Below the pieces are notes generated by a model. That model saw only the letters and a list, made by a program, of their open reading frames with translations, searched no databases and was not told the origin of the DNA. The position numbers and the translations under genes are program-made. A stretch of DNA of 64,000 bases, from assembly GCA_965113315.1 (NCBI GenBank), contig OZ220369.1. One strand, given 5' to 3'. Source of the DNA: Podarcis vaucheri (taxonomy: Eukaryota). Shown one piece after another: positions 49,835-62,379 of this stretch (positions within the stretch are counted from its first letter, which is position 1; every line of letters begins with the position of its first letter).

Positions 49835-51075
49835 TTTTTTTTTAAAAAAAAAATTATTTTCCAACAATTTAAACACTACAAAAAAAATGAACAATACAAT
49901 ACAATACAAAAACACTACATAACACTAACACATTAAACTAACAAAACAAGACAAAAACAATTTAAAACACATCAAACAATTTCAATATCTTATCTTTCAT
50001 TCCCGTATTTCAACGACCTCCTCACACCTCCCTTTTTGTATTCCACTTCTGTTAATTGTTTCAGCAATTCCTTTCCATCTTCCTCTGTTTTCTATCCTAT
50101 AATTATCTTAACACATTCTAACCTTACTTTTTCCTTTAATATTCTATTAATCTATTTATACTTAATTCCTTATAACATTTCCACTAAAGCCATCTAACTT
50201 CATTCCAAGATTTTTCTAACATTCATTAATTTTACAGTATTTCTGTAAATAGTCTTTAAACTTTTTCCAGTCTTCTTCCACCGACTCTTCTCCCTGGTCT
50301 CTGATTCTGCCAGTCATTTCCGCCAGTTCCATATAGTCCATCAACTTCATCTGCCATTCTTCCCGGGCGGGTAAATATTGTGTCTTCCAATACTTCGCAA
50401 TGAGTGTTCTTGCTGCTGTTGTTGCATACATAAAAAAAGTTCCATCCTTCTTTGGCACCAATTGGCCGACCATGCCCAGGAGAAAGGCCTCTGGTTTCTT
50501 CAGGAAGGTATATTTAAATACCTTTTTCATTTCGTTATATATCATCTCCCAGAATGTCTTAAACCTTGGGCATGTCCACCAAAGGTGAAAGAATGTACCT
50601 TCAGTCTCATTACATTTCCAACATTTATTGTCAGGCAAATGGTTAATTTTTGCAAGCTTGACTGGTGTCATGTACCACCTATAAATCATTTTCATTAAGT
50701 TTTCTCTTAGGGCATTACATGCCGTGAATTTCATACCTGTGGTCCATAGCTGTTCCCAGTCAGCCATCATTATGTTATGTCCAACATCTTGTGCCCATTT
50801 AATCATACCTGATTTCACCATTTCATCCTGACTATTCCATTTCAACAGCAAGTTATACATTCTTGACAAATTCTTGATTTTTGGATCTAACAATTCTGTT
50901 TCCAATTTTGATTTTTCCACCTGGAAACCAACTTTTTTGTCCAAATTGTATGCCTCCATTATTTGGTAATAATGGAGCCAATCTCACACTTTGTTTTTCA
51001 ATTTTTCAAAGCTCTGCAATTTTATTCTGTCTCCATCTTGTTCCCGAATTTCCCAATATTTCGGCCATTTGGCCT
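49835..51075 (-). mobile_element. Young 5'-truncated L1-clade LINE with 17-bp TSD
   Basis: ORF 50216..50959 with CWKC-x7-FHLWWTC knuckle; poly(A) on minus strand; TSD CCACCCCTCCCATCATC at 49818-34 and 51076-92. Confidence 0.95.
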
Positions 51076-53210
51076 CCACCCCTCCCATCATCAGCTTTCC
51101 CAGAACACAGCTGGAAATGTCAATAGTTCAAAACCAGACATTGTCATGGGGCATATTCCATCCTTCCCTATGAGCCCTCCAGCAGCACTCCCCGTTCCTT
51201 CTTCCCACTCCCTTGTACCCACAATGAGCAAGAGGAAAACATCACAATTTATTTATACATTGTGTGTGGACTGGTCCTTTTGACCTACTCACAAAACAGG
51301 ATATAACTTTGCATACAATTTGCCTGTACTTAAGTGTCATATACAAATTTGTGTCCTCTTTTGCAGATGAACCACCACCACCCCACAAGTAAATAGGTAT
51401 GAGTAACAGAAAATCAGCAAATGAGGCTTCTTCCATAATTTGCTTCCTTACTAGAAAAGGCTTGATCTGTTGAATTTCTGCCTACCACACAGCTGTTAAA
51501 AGTACAAGACCCTGTTGCCAGTACTAAACTATGCAAATAACTCCAGGTTATTGAGCTGTAAACCAGTTATATTCTTGTAGTTTGGGGCAGGGAATCCTCT
51601 CCTAGCCGGTGAGCCAGATTCTTATTTCTCCATGCATCAAATTTGACAGGTGGATGGGGCTGCCCACCTGTCCATCACCTGGCATCACAGTGACATCAGG
51701 TGACACTGTTTTTTATTTCAGCACTGGCTATTTGAAAACTCTTTTACAAACAGCCACACATTGCTCTTTGAATATACAGAAATCTGAGGTTCAAAGAGCA
51801 GTGCTGGGAGGGAGAAACTGTTGCCACTGAATTTGCCACTTCCCCCTCCTGAAGCATGACACGCTCCCACTGCAGATCAGCTGATGGGTCGTGAAAGTGT
51901 ACTTGTCTCCAGCAAAGGAAAATTGGGAGCTCACTTTAATCTCCCAGTTTTACCTTCGAATCTCTGCCTGTACCTGCTTCATACCTGATAGCATGTATGG
52001 CATCAAGTGTTGGGCAGGTGAGCACTGATTATCATTACCCAAAGCATCCTTGCAGGCCAAGTGGGGAGACTTAGCTGACCAACATTAGCCCACAGGCTAG
52101 AGGTTCCCCACTTTCTGTGGGTTAGGTTGGCAGTACAACATTCAGTGCAAAACTAAGTGTGATATTTCAGATGGCGGAGGGGAGAGGTGGTCAAAATTGG
52201 CTGAGGGTTTACAGTGGCATGTTTAGATAGAGTCAATATTAAATTATTTAAAAGCAACAAGTGCATTCTAGGAGCATTTGTTATTATTCATTTATGCCTT
52301 CTAGTAATTGCAGCAATGTTCAAATGGCTTCTTTTTATTTTTTAACAAAGGGGGCATGAGCGTTGGAAATGAAGCTGCCATTAATTTATATTAGCAGCAA
52401 CTATCCACCCACGATAATCCCTCTACCCCCCTTCCCCCATCCCATGTTGAACAATTAACTTTACAACCCTACCCCCACAACTGGATTCTCCCCCAAAAAT
52501 AATCCCAATCCAGCACACAAAGAGACTGTCTAACCCTGAACTACACCATAGGGTTGAGATCTATTTCTCTCTCTCAGCCTCTGCTCTAGCAAAATTAACA
52601 AAGCAACTCTCAACTACTAATGTAACCCATGCTTTCTTCACCACAATATTAAGATGGATTTTATTTGCACTTGTGTTTGCATTAACCCAGTAATTTTTTT
52701 TAATGTAAATAAGCAGAAAAGGCAACATTTCTGCATTTAAAAAGCTGAGTTAGAAAGAGCATGAATTTCTGCCTTTTTGCTCTTTGGTGGCCATGCTATT
52801 GCCCAGTCACAGATGGATTTTTCATTTATTTTCTCTGGACAAGAACCACTTCTCTACTAGGGAAGATGAAAACATAGTTTCAAAATGAACCAAAAAGTCC
52901 CTTCCAAATGAACCTGGCAGTCCTTCTCCATTTCCTGAAGCTACAGAAAATCTAGTGTGACATAAGCACCAAAGAAGGCTGAAAAATGACTTCAGAATGA
53001 TTCAGGAATGATTTAAATTTTATTTTGGTCTTCTGTTGGGCTTGTATGACTGAAAATCTCTATAGCTCTATACTGTACTGATTTCACTCATTGGCTAAAA
53101 TCACTGAAAAACAGGAGCAGGTTCATATTTCACAAAATTATTGCTTGAGATGATGCCTCATAATTTTGCTTCATGAAGTTCACTCTACATTTTTTATTTT
53201 TCTTAATGAA

Positions 53211-53359
53211 TAGAATCATAGAATTACAGAGTTGGAAGGGACCGTAAGGGTCATCTAGTGCAGCCCCCTGCAGTGTAGGAATCTTTCACCCAACATGGGG
53301 CTCGAACCCATGACCCCGAGATTAATAGTCTCATGCTCTACCGACTGAGCTATCCCAGG
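53211..53359 (-). mobile_element. tRNA-Lys-derived SINE with CR1-like tail
   Basis: Minus strand GGATAGCTCAGTCGGTAGAGCATGAGACTaTTAATCTC..GGGTTCGAGCCCC (tRNA-Lys head) then GGTCCCTTCCAACTCT..ATTCTATGATTCTA. Confidence 0.9.
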
Positions 53360-53683
53360 AATACTAGTAGTCTGGGACCCCTTGCTGCCTCCGGGCCTGG
53401 TACAGCAGTACTCTCTGTTGACACCCTTGGTGCTATGGCACAGCGCTCACTGAACTGCCCTCCTTTGGGATTTCTGCATAGTCTGAGCCCTCTTCTCCAA
53501 AGGGGGAAGTAGCTTTTCTTCTGTACCACCACCACCAACAACAACAACAACAACAAGTCCTCTCTTTCTCCAACCAGAGGCAAAATACAGGCCTTTGCCT
53601 TTCTGGGTCCATTGTCCAGCTTAGGAACAGGCCTAGCTACCTGTCTCCCACCTAAAACTTTCTTTCTGTCCCTTTCTTTCTAG

Positions 53684-55260
53684 CTTTAACTTCTCCAAAA
53701 CCCAACCTGATGGGTCTACCCGGCACAAGCATCCCCTCGCCTGGCCTTCCCACCTCTGGATTACCAAATAAGCAACCTTCGGCCTCCCTGAGCTCCCCCA
53801 CCCCAGCACAAGCCACAGCGGCCACGGTTCCACAGCCACAGCCACCACAGCCTCAGCCACCGCCTCGGAAGGACAAAGAAAGTGAGAAGACAAAAGAGAA
53901 GGACAAAGCACCCAAGGGGGGGAAGGGGGATTCCCTGCTGGCACCCAAGAAGGACAAAGTGGAGGTGCCTGCCCCATCTGCCCTCTCTGCCACGCTGCCT
54001 GCCATGGAGTACTCTGTGGACCCCACGCAGCTCCAGGCTCTGCAGGCAGCTCTGAACTCGGACCCCACAGCTTTGCTGACGAGCCAGTTCCTTCCCTACT
54101 TTGTCCCTGGTTTTTCTCCCTACTATGCCCCTCAGATCCCAGGGGCCTTACAGAGCGGGTACCTTCAGCCCATGTATGGCATGGAGGGGCTGTTCCCTTA
54201 TAGCCCTGCACTGTCACAAGCCCTGCTCGGCTTGTCCCCTGGTTCCCTGTTGCAGCAGTACCAGCAATATCAACAGAGCCTGCAAGAAGCGTTGCAGCAA
54301 CAGCAGCAGCAGCAGCAGCAACAACAACAACAACAACAGAGGCAAGCGCAACAGCAGCAGCAGAAATTGCTGCAGCTGCAGCAGCAGCAGCCCAAAGGAA
54401 GCCAAACCCCAGTCCCCTCAGGGGCTGCTACCCCAGAAAAAGACCCTGCCAAAGAATCCCCCAAGCAAGAGCAGAAGAATGCACCCCGCGAGGTGTCCCC
54501 CCACCTGCCCAAACCCCAAGAAGAGCCTGAAACGGAAAGCAACAGTGCTGTGGACTCCCTCTGTGACCCCTTCATCGTTCCAAAGGTGCAGTACAGGCTG
54601 GTCTGCCAGAAGTGCCAGGCAGGCTTCAGCACCCAGGAGGCAGCCACCGACCACCTGAAGTCCCTCTGCTTCTTCGGCCAGTCTGTGGTGAATCTGCAAG
54701 AGATGGTGCTTCATGTGCCCACGGGCGGCAGCAGCAAGGGCAACAGCTCGTACCAGTGTGTGGCGTGTGAGAGCACGGTGTGCGGGGATGAAGCCCTCCA
54801 GCAGCATCTCGAGTCTGCCTCGCACAAACATCGAACAATCCCAAGAGCAGCAAGAAACGCCAAAGAGCACCCCAGTCTATTACCTCACTCCGCCTGCCTC
54901 CCCGACCCTAGCACCGCATCTACCTCGCAGTCTGCCGCTCACTCAAATGACAGCCCCTCCTCCCCGTCCTCAGCTTCCCCCCACACCTCCAGAAAGTCTT
55001 GGCCTCAAGTGGTCCCCCAGGCTCCTCTGGGGAAGCCTCCTCCTCCTCCTCTCTCCTCATCTTCAACGGTTACCTCAAGTTCATGCAGCACCTCAGGGGT
55101 TCAGCCCTCGATGCCAACAGATGACTATTTGGAGGAGTCTGACTCGGATCTTAGCCAAAAGTCCAATGGACCGGCTAGCCCGGCGGAGAGGCCTGAGGAG
55201 CCAAGCTGCCCCAAGGACGGTGGTCTCACTAGCCTAGAAATGGACACCTTTAGATTGTAA
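53684..55260 (+). CDS. ZFHX3: ZFHX3 terminal coding exon (exon 10 equivalent), ending TAA
   Basis: Pyrimidine tract + tctAG acceptor (53682-83); (A)[13 protein letters not shown]...DTFRL* matches the ZFHX3 C-terminus; two terminal zinc fingers (CQKC..H..C; CVAC..H..H). Confidence 0.98.
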
Positions 55261-55600
55261 GCTTTGAAGATGAACAATTTAAAAAAATGAATTTAAAAAA
55301 AATTAACAAACCAATTTCAAAAATAGACTAACTGCAATTCCAAAGCTTCTAACCAAAAAAAAGAAAAAGAAAAAAAAGAAGAGAGAAGTGTGGGTTGTTT
55401 TCCCATATACCGATGCCGGCAGATTTTCCATTGCTTTCTTTTTGCATTTCGGCTGTGCTGTGTTGGTCTGGAAGGCCCAAGCCCCCTACCCCACCCTGGT
55501 TGCCTCTCCGGGGTCTTTCTGTCTGTCTGTGGAGCCCCAGCCCCCCCCCCTTTGAGAGCACAGCAGAGGCCGGCATAACTGTATGGGAAAGCAGACCACC

Positions 55601-55728
55601 NNNNNNNNNNNNNNNNNNNNNNNNNNNNNNNNNNNNNNNNNNNNNNNNNNNNNNNNNNNNNNNNNNNNNNNNNNNNNNNNNNNNNNNNNNNNNNNNNNNN
55701 NNNNNNNNNNNNNNNNNNNNNNNNNNNN
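55601..55728. other. Assembly gap (128 N)
   Basis: Run of N. Confidence 1.
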
Positions 55729-58700
55729 AATCATTGTTTTATATAAATATATATATATATAATTTCTTTTTTGGTTTTGATTTTTTTTCCAAGAAAAGGA
55801 ATTTTTTTGTTAATTTAAAAATGGGCAGAAAGTCTTCAAGAGACAAACAATGTGAACTGTGTTAGCTTTCTGGGGATTTTAAGGGTAGCTTTTCTGCTGA
55901 AGCCAATTTCAAGGGGAAAAGTTCAGCACTCCCACTTTTCAGAAAAACAAACAAACCCAACAACACGCAAAGAGTGTTAAGGACTTGGAGCTTAAAAATA
56001 AGTTTTAAAACAACTGACTTTCTGTATTTATGATAGATATGACCATTTTTGGTGTTGAGTAGATTGTTGCATTGGAAATGAACTGAAGCAGTATGGTAGA
56101 TTTAAAAGAAAAACCCCTTTTGTGTACATTTAGCTTTTGTATTGGTCCAGCTGACGGCTTCTCATTGGATGTTGTCTTGTTCATTCCTAGCCAGCTAGAT
56201 TACAACCCATCGATTCGCTCGCCGAAGCTTCCCTTCCCCCTTTGTACCTTGACTCCCTTCTCCATCCTGTAATCTTCCACTTATGGTCACTGCCTTCATT
56301 TCTTAGAGGGCAGCTGCAGAATTATTTTATAAAAACTAAAGAAAAAATTCAAAGGGTTTCAAAGGGGGTCAGTAGGATCCCTTGCAGAATATTTTTGTTG
56401 GGGGTTCAAAACTTTTTAAGGTGTATACATGTCTGTTACCCTTGTGCACTTAACTCTGTCTTCTTCTTTTCTTTTTCTTCTTCTTTTGGCTTCCTTTCCT
56501 CATTTTGTAAATGCTTCAAAGGCTCCATTTTGGAACTGTAGGCCTTTGTTTCTCTTTGGGTAATTAGGGTGCACTTCTTCCTTTTTCCAAGGACTTTTTG
56601 TTATATATGTGTGTGTGTGTGCTTGTGCGTGTGTGTGTGCGCGCGTGCATGTGTGGGTGGGTTTTGTTTTGTTTTTCTGTTTTGTTTTTCTTTCCTCGAA
56701 AAGAAAATTCATGCTTTAAATAAAATCCAAAGACAAACCCTTTTCACCACTGGTGCAGAATGAGCAAAAAGGATTCTTTTGACTTGAGGATTTGTTTCTG
56801 ATTACCGCCACAAGAATCAGTTTAAATAAAGGAACTCATAAAGAAAAACATGCATGTAGGTTGTTCTCTGTGCTTCTTCTGCAAGCAGAGGAGCAACCCT
56901 TCCTGCAACTGCAACAAACAACACGATGCTCCTGCGTTGTTAGGGTGGTGTCGCTGCTAGTGTCGTGTGAGCCCCAGAGGGGCAGGCAACAAAAAGCATT
57001 TGGGGCCTGGTGCAAATCTCTCTCTGCTCCTGGTGGCATCTTCTCTGGTCCGGAAATTGAAAGGAAAACTTTGTGCTGCTACAATGTAGAGTTTGGAGAC
57101 AAGCAGGCCTTGCATGGTCACTTCCTAGCCAAAGGTCAACATTCCCTTCTCCCTCCCTGCACCCACCCTCAATAGTGAAAGGCCGCCTCCTCCTCTTCCT
57201 GACCATCTTCCTTGTGTTTCAAAAGGGAACTAGACTGTGAATGGGGGGAGGGGGAGGGAAGGGGCACTTCTTTCTCCTTCAGACTTCTCTTCCCTTCCTC
57301 CCTTCTCCCCAGCCCGCAAACTGTGGAAGCTGCCAGAGCCCCTGGGTGAGGCTGGTGTGTTCCATCCCAGAGAGGAAGGGCGGGTGGGCAGGCAGGCAGA
57401 CTGACCAATGGACAGCAGCAGCGTCCTCCTCCTCCTCCTCTCTCCTTCCCTCCCTAAGCCAGGACTCTTCATGCCTTTTTTGTCTTTAGCTTAATGGAAG
57501 ACTCAACCTTGAACTGGTGTACATATTTCTGACTAGACTGATGCACAATGCAAGTTCCTTTTTTAATTTTTTAAGTAGACCGTACTAAAAAGAGTACCAT
57601 TGAATATTCCTGCCAGTATCCAATTGTAGCATAAGGTGTCAAAAGCGGACAAAATGTTGCTGTTTTCCCTTTTTACAAAGATCCTTGTATTTTTCCCTTG
57701 CTTGAGATGAACATTTTTTAAATTTTAAAGTTGTACAGTTTTTGTTTCCATTATTTTATCTTGTTTGTAATTCTATGAAAAATATATAGATATATATATA
57801 TATTTTTTGCCATTTAACTTGTATGTTACTCTGTATCATATAGAAGTTTTTTGTTTTGTTTTGGTTCTCTGTGTGGTATAAGTTGCCAGTTAAACACTAG
57901 CTTTACCTGTCAGGTTTGCGTGGTCTGCTTTGAAATCATTTTGTTTATTTCCCCTTCTCCCTCCCTCCCCCCCCTTCCCCTGCCCCACTCCCATAGATTA
58001 ATCACACAGGGTGCAATCTTCCTCCTCCCACTCCAAATAGTGTTTCAGTGCATTTTCTGATAACTCTTCCTCTGTGTGGGGGGAGACTCTCCCAGTCTGA
58101 TGAGAGACGTCTCTGTCCTAGAAGGGCAGAGCAGCCTCCCCTGCTGCCCCTCTCCTCTCTCTTGCTCCCACAGCCAACATGGAGTTCATAGAGCTCCCTG
58201 AGCCAAGTAGCCCCTCCAAGCCATCCTCTGCCTCCTCCCACCCTGCCATTTTGGGTTGTGTGGGTTGGCACTTGGGTTCTGCAGAAGCTCAGCAGGGAAG
58301 GAGGAGCAGCTGCACTAAGCAGCACCCAGAGTAGTGCTGGGAAGTGGGGTTGGGAATGAGGCCTCTGTGCCAGCCAGTATTTGGTGCCTGGGCTGCAAAA
58401 TCCTCCAGCCTCTTCTTTCCCATGGAACTGGCCTCTTACCTGAGCCACCGTTCACACTGCGGAGATGTCATTTTGTTTTTAACAGCTCTCCCTTGATGCT
58501 GGAATTTAAGCCAAGTGATAGAACGGAAAACACAAGCATGGCATTATTGAGCAGAGCAGTGTCTGTAACCAAGAGTGTTCTGAAGAAGTGGAATGTTGCT
58601 GGCTCTGGTTCCAACCAAGACCGTGCCAGGTAGGCAGGCAGGTGATAACTGAGGTGCAGCAGGGCCCCTGTGCAAGCCAGCACAAAGGGTGGCAGTCTGG

Positions 58701-58838
58701 GACAGAAGTAGAACATGAGATATTTGGTTGGATTGATGGCACTGGAAATCCTGCCCACTGTGAAACACAAAGTTTTTGACTATTTTTCATTTGTTTGATT
58801 CGGGGGCGGGGGGTGGGGACAAGTCTGGATAAAACAGA

Positions 58839-59014
58839 NNNNNNNNNNNNNNNNNNNNNNNNNNNNNNNNNNNNNNNNNNNNNNNNNNNNNNNNNNNNNN
58901 NNNNNNNNNNNNNNNNNNNNNNNNNNNNNNNNNNNNNNNNNNNNNNNNNNNNNNNNNNNNNNNNNNNNNNNNNNNNNNNNNNNNNNNNNNNNNNNNNNNN
59001 NNNNNNNNNNNNNN
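58839..59014. other. Assembly gap (176 N)
   Basis: Run of N. Confidence 1.
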
Positions 59015-59155
59015 ACAGAAACCACACGGAACTCTTAAAAAAAAAGATTTTGTCACAAAACACTTTGTTGTCATAGTTAAGTTGATTGTAGATGGTAATT
59101 GAATATACTCCTTTGAAAATATTTCATCAAGTATGTTTCCTGCTCATTGTGATAC

Positions 59156-59161
59156 ATTAAA
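59156..59161 (+). terminator. Probable distal polyadenylation signal (ATTAAA)
   Basis: ATTAAA followed ~20-55 nt later by GU-rich sequence (tgtctctgctgt...tatgtgtgaatgtgagtg). Confidence 0.7.
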
Positions 59162-59898
59162 AAAATGAGCAAAAGCTCTTGTCTCTGCTGTCCCCGGGTA
59201 TGTGTGAATGTGAGTGCCTGTCTGTCCTATGAAAGGGAGCACTTTTATGCGTGGGGGACAGAATGTGGGAAGAATGTCTGTGACAGCAAATCCCCTGGGT
59301 AAGTGCATGAGAGCTGCTGCCTCTTGTTCTTAGCGCCCAGGCAGAGTGTGTGCTACAGTTCTGTGAAGCCTAAGTGGCTCTGCAGGAGGACTTTCTTACC
59401 GCTAACAGGGGACACAGTTTGGGGAAGGGTGGCATTAGCTCAGTTTCTTGCCTCTGGGAAATGAAGTGTTCCAAAATCAGAATTTCCCCAAGTGCCTAAG
59501 AAAGAATTCCCAGCCCTTCCGTTTCACAGATTACTTCAAGAGACTTAGGAGCATGCTGGGTGAAAGTGGAATGAGGGGACAGTGCCTCCATCTCCTCAAG
59601 TGCAAAGCAAAGAGGTAAGTGGCTGATTCGCTGCCCCGTCTCTTTTGGCAGGGAGGGCTTAAGAGATGTGCAGGGTGGTAGCTGATCCTTGGCTGGTCTT
59701 CTAGTATGGGAAAGCCCCATAGGCAGACCTCTGAGTTCTTTCCTATCTCAAAGCCTAGAATTGTCCAGCCACCGTAAGAAGATAGACACCTGTGCACCAT
59801 TTTTTATTGTTTTATGTATTTCATAAAATTTATATACCACTTGATTTTAAGGGGAGGGGAAAACCTCAAAAGCAGTTTTTGTTTTGCTGTATTATTAT

Positions 59899-60062
59899 GG
59901 CCTGCAGGATAGCTCAGTCAGTAGAGCATGAGACCCTTAATCTCACAGTCGTGGGTTCAAGCCCCCTCCCCTTGCCCGTTTGGCAAAAGGATTGCTGCAT
60001 TGCAGGGGGTTGGGCTAGGGGACCCTCATGGTACCTTCCAACTCTACAATTCTTTTATTCTA
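59899..60062 (+). mobile_element. tRNA-Lys-derived SINE with CR1-like tail (older copy)
   Basis: GGATAGCTCAGTCAGTAGAGCATGAGACCCTTAATCTC..GGGTTCAAGCCCC ... CCTTCCAACTCTACAATTCT. Confidence 0.85.
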
Positions 60063-60069
60063 TTCTTAT

Positions 60070-60700
60070 GAAGAATAAGAACAACCTAAGAAGAGCTTGC
60101 TCAATCAAGCCAGTGGCCCTTCTAGTGCAGTATCCTGCTCTCACAGTGGCCAACCAGATACCTATGAGAAGCCTACAAGCAGGACCCAAGCACGAGAGCA
60201 CTCACCCTTCCTGCAGTTTCCAGCAAGTGATACTGAGAAACGTACTGCCTCTGGCCATCAAGGCAGAGCATCACCACTGATAGCCCTTTTTTGTCTAGTC
60301 TTTTAAAGCCATCCAAGATGGTGGCCTTCACTGCCTTCTATGGGAGTGAATTCCATAACTGCACTGCATGAAGAGTGTCATTTTGTCTGTCCTGAATCCA
60401 ACATTCTGTTTCATTAGTTGTTCATTAGTTAGTGGTATCCATTGCTTCTATGTCATGCATAATTTTATATACCGTATTTTTCGCTCTGTAAGACACACCA
60501 GTTTTTGGAGGAGGAAAACAAGAAAAAAAATACATTCGCTCCATAAGATACACACACATTTCCCCTTTTTAGGAGGGAAAAAGTGAGTCTTAAAGAGCAA
60601 AAAATATGGTACTTGTATACACTTGGTCTCTTACTCACCTTTTTTAAACTGTTGGACCAAGGCCTAGCCAAGTCTTCTAGAAAAGGGAGTTGATCTATAA
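60070..60700 (-). mobile_element. Old CR1-type LINE 3' remnant, split by MITE
   Basis: TAAGAAC-like tail; ttttaaagccatccaag..gtgaattccata motif characteristic of CR1 3' ends on the minus strand. Confidence 0.65.
60472..60609. mobile_element. Tc1/mariner (Tc2/pogo-like) MITE
   Basis: TIR CCGTATTTTTCGCTCTgTAAGAC / GTCTTAaAGAGCAAAAAATATGG, TA on both sides. Confidence 0.85.
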
Positions 60701-62379
60701 AAGCTGTGAATAGGGCAATTTGGGTATTTTCCAAAAATTAGCATCCAACCAAACCAAAAAGCCAACCCCCCCCCCCCCTTTGAAGGATTCATCCCAATAC
60801 CACCACCACCCCTCTATTTTTCATACACATGTACGTAACAGGATGCTAGTCTTCCATCCACAGAGTAGTGACCCTCCTGGGATTGGTAGACATCACCTCA
60901 AACTGCTCTATCCACCTAAGGTAGCAGATGGGGGGGGCATTTAAGGACTAGCACATTTTCAGCTGATTAATATGAATATGCTTTTGGCATAGGGTGTGCT
61001 TCCTTTGGGTTTTCTGCTTCCAGCCCGAAAGGATCTTCATCTAGGGCTGTTTTATAAGGAATAGTCATGCAGCTGCATTGCTGCTTGCACTGAGTTTCTG
61101 TTGCCCCTGAAAATAACTGCTGGTACATATGTATTTCTAATATAAACAATTTGCTTTTTAAGCAGCATTTGCAAAAGCTGCAGAGATTTCATGGAAGAGA
61201 CAGAAGGGGTCCTACTTTTGCCAAGAAGCCATCACTCTGCTGCTGCATGTTGAGGTACGAACATTTCCAGCAAGGGTGTCTTCTTGCCCCTCAGCCAACT
61301 AAAAACAAGGCAGTCTCAGTGTGTAAAATACATTGCTTGATAGGGCCAGGGATGCTTGAGGTGCTGAATGTACCAATCACTGAGTAAATGGATTCTCTAC
61401 AGTGTATGAGAAGCCACTTCTTCTGTTCTCTCTACCCTGCCAGCCCATCCTGGCCTTCATAGCTTTTGTTTGTAGTGTTATAAAAATATGGGAAAATTTG
61501 CTTTGAACAATAATGAATAAACACAGTTAGCAAAGAGAGAGCCATTTTGATTAAAGTTGGAGAGGTGGAAGGACAGTGGCATGCAAGCCATCAACTTCAA
61601 CATCAACTCCCTGATGTTGCTGGGAGTATACAACAAATGGCACGATGAGTGTCCCTGGCAGCTTCCTCTCCCTTTTTCACAGCTGAAGGCAAAGTGGGCA
61701 GAAGTGAGCAGCCAGCCAGTGACCTACAACATGTCTAGGGCAGCATCCTGCATCAGATGGCACCACTCTGCCTCCTCTGGATTCTTTTGAAGGATGAGAG
61801 GGCAGCATCCTCTCTGGCTAGGTTGTTCTCTGGCTTGTGTAGCAAAGCTGTTGCTGCCTCTGGCTCATCTTGCTCTGCCTTTCTCTGCTTCAAGTCTTAA
61901 ACAGATATGGTGCTGAGCAAGGAATAGTTCACTGGATACCTTCTTTTTCTTCTGACAGTCCTTGAAAGTTTCCCCCTTGTTGCTTTGTAAATTCTGAGAC
62001 GCAGACACGCTTAAGTGATATGGAGATTCCATTTTCCAAGTAAATTGGTGGAGCTTTCTCTGAGTTCTTCCCATCCCTTCTTGAAATGCCCAGCTACCCT
62101 ACCAGCTTTATAAATTATTTGTCCTCACATTCAAAGAACTGCAGTTCTTGTGCCATTTACCTTTCCAACAAGGTATACATTCCTTTTCTGTTTTTATTTT
62201 TTTATATTTTTTGTGATTAGATCCTTACTGAGAAACCACACTGCTTGTTCACTACCCATTGTTTTCTCAGGCACCGAAATGCCCAGGAACACAAAAACAT
62301 ATTTGCCCGGGGCTGAAATTTTGACAAAGTTGGCCTCTCTGGGGAAAGCACCCTGTAAATGGTTATGGTATGCCATCCT

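Larger units (their letters stand above)
55261..59180 (+). other. ZFHX3: ZFHX3 3'UTR (~3.9 kb, two N-gaps)
   Basis: Follows stop codon; no recognisable TE; AU-rich blocks; ends at ATTAAA plus downstream GU-rich tract; TEs resume at ~59.9 kb. End position inferred. Confidence 0.75.

Noticed and set aside
53285-53359. tRNA-Lys gene (also 59899-59975)
   Set aside because: Mismatched stems, altered anticodon loop and attached CR1-like tail show these are SINE heads, not functional tRNAs.
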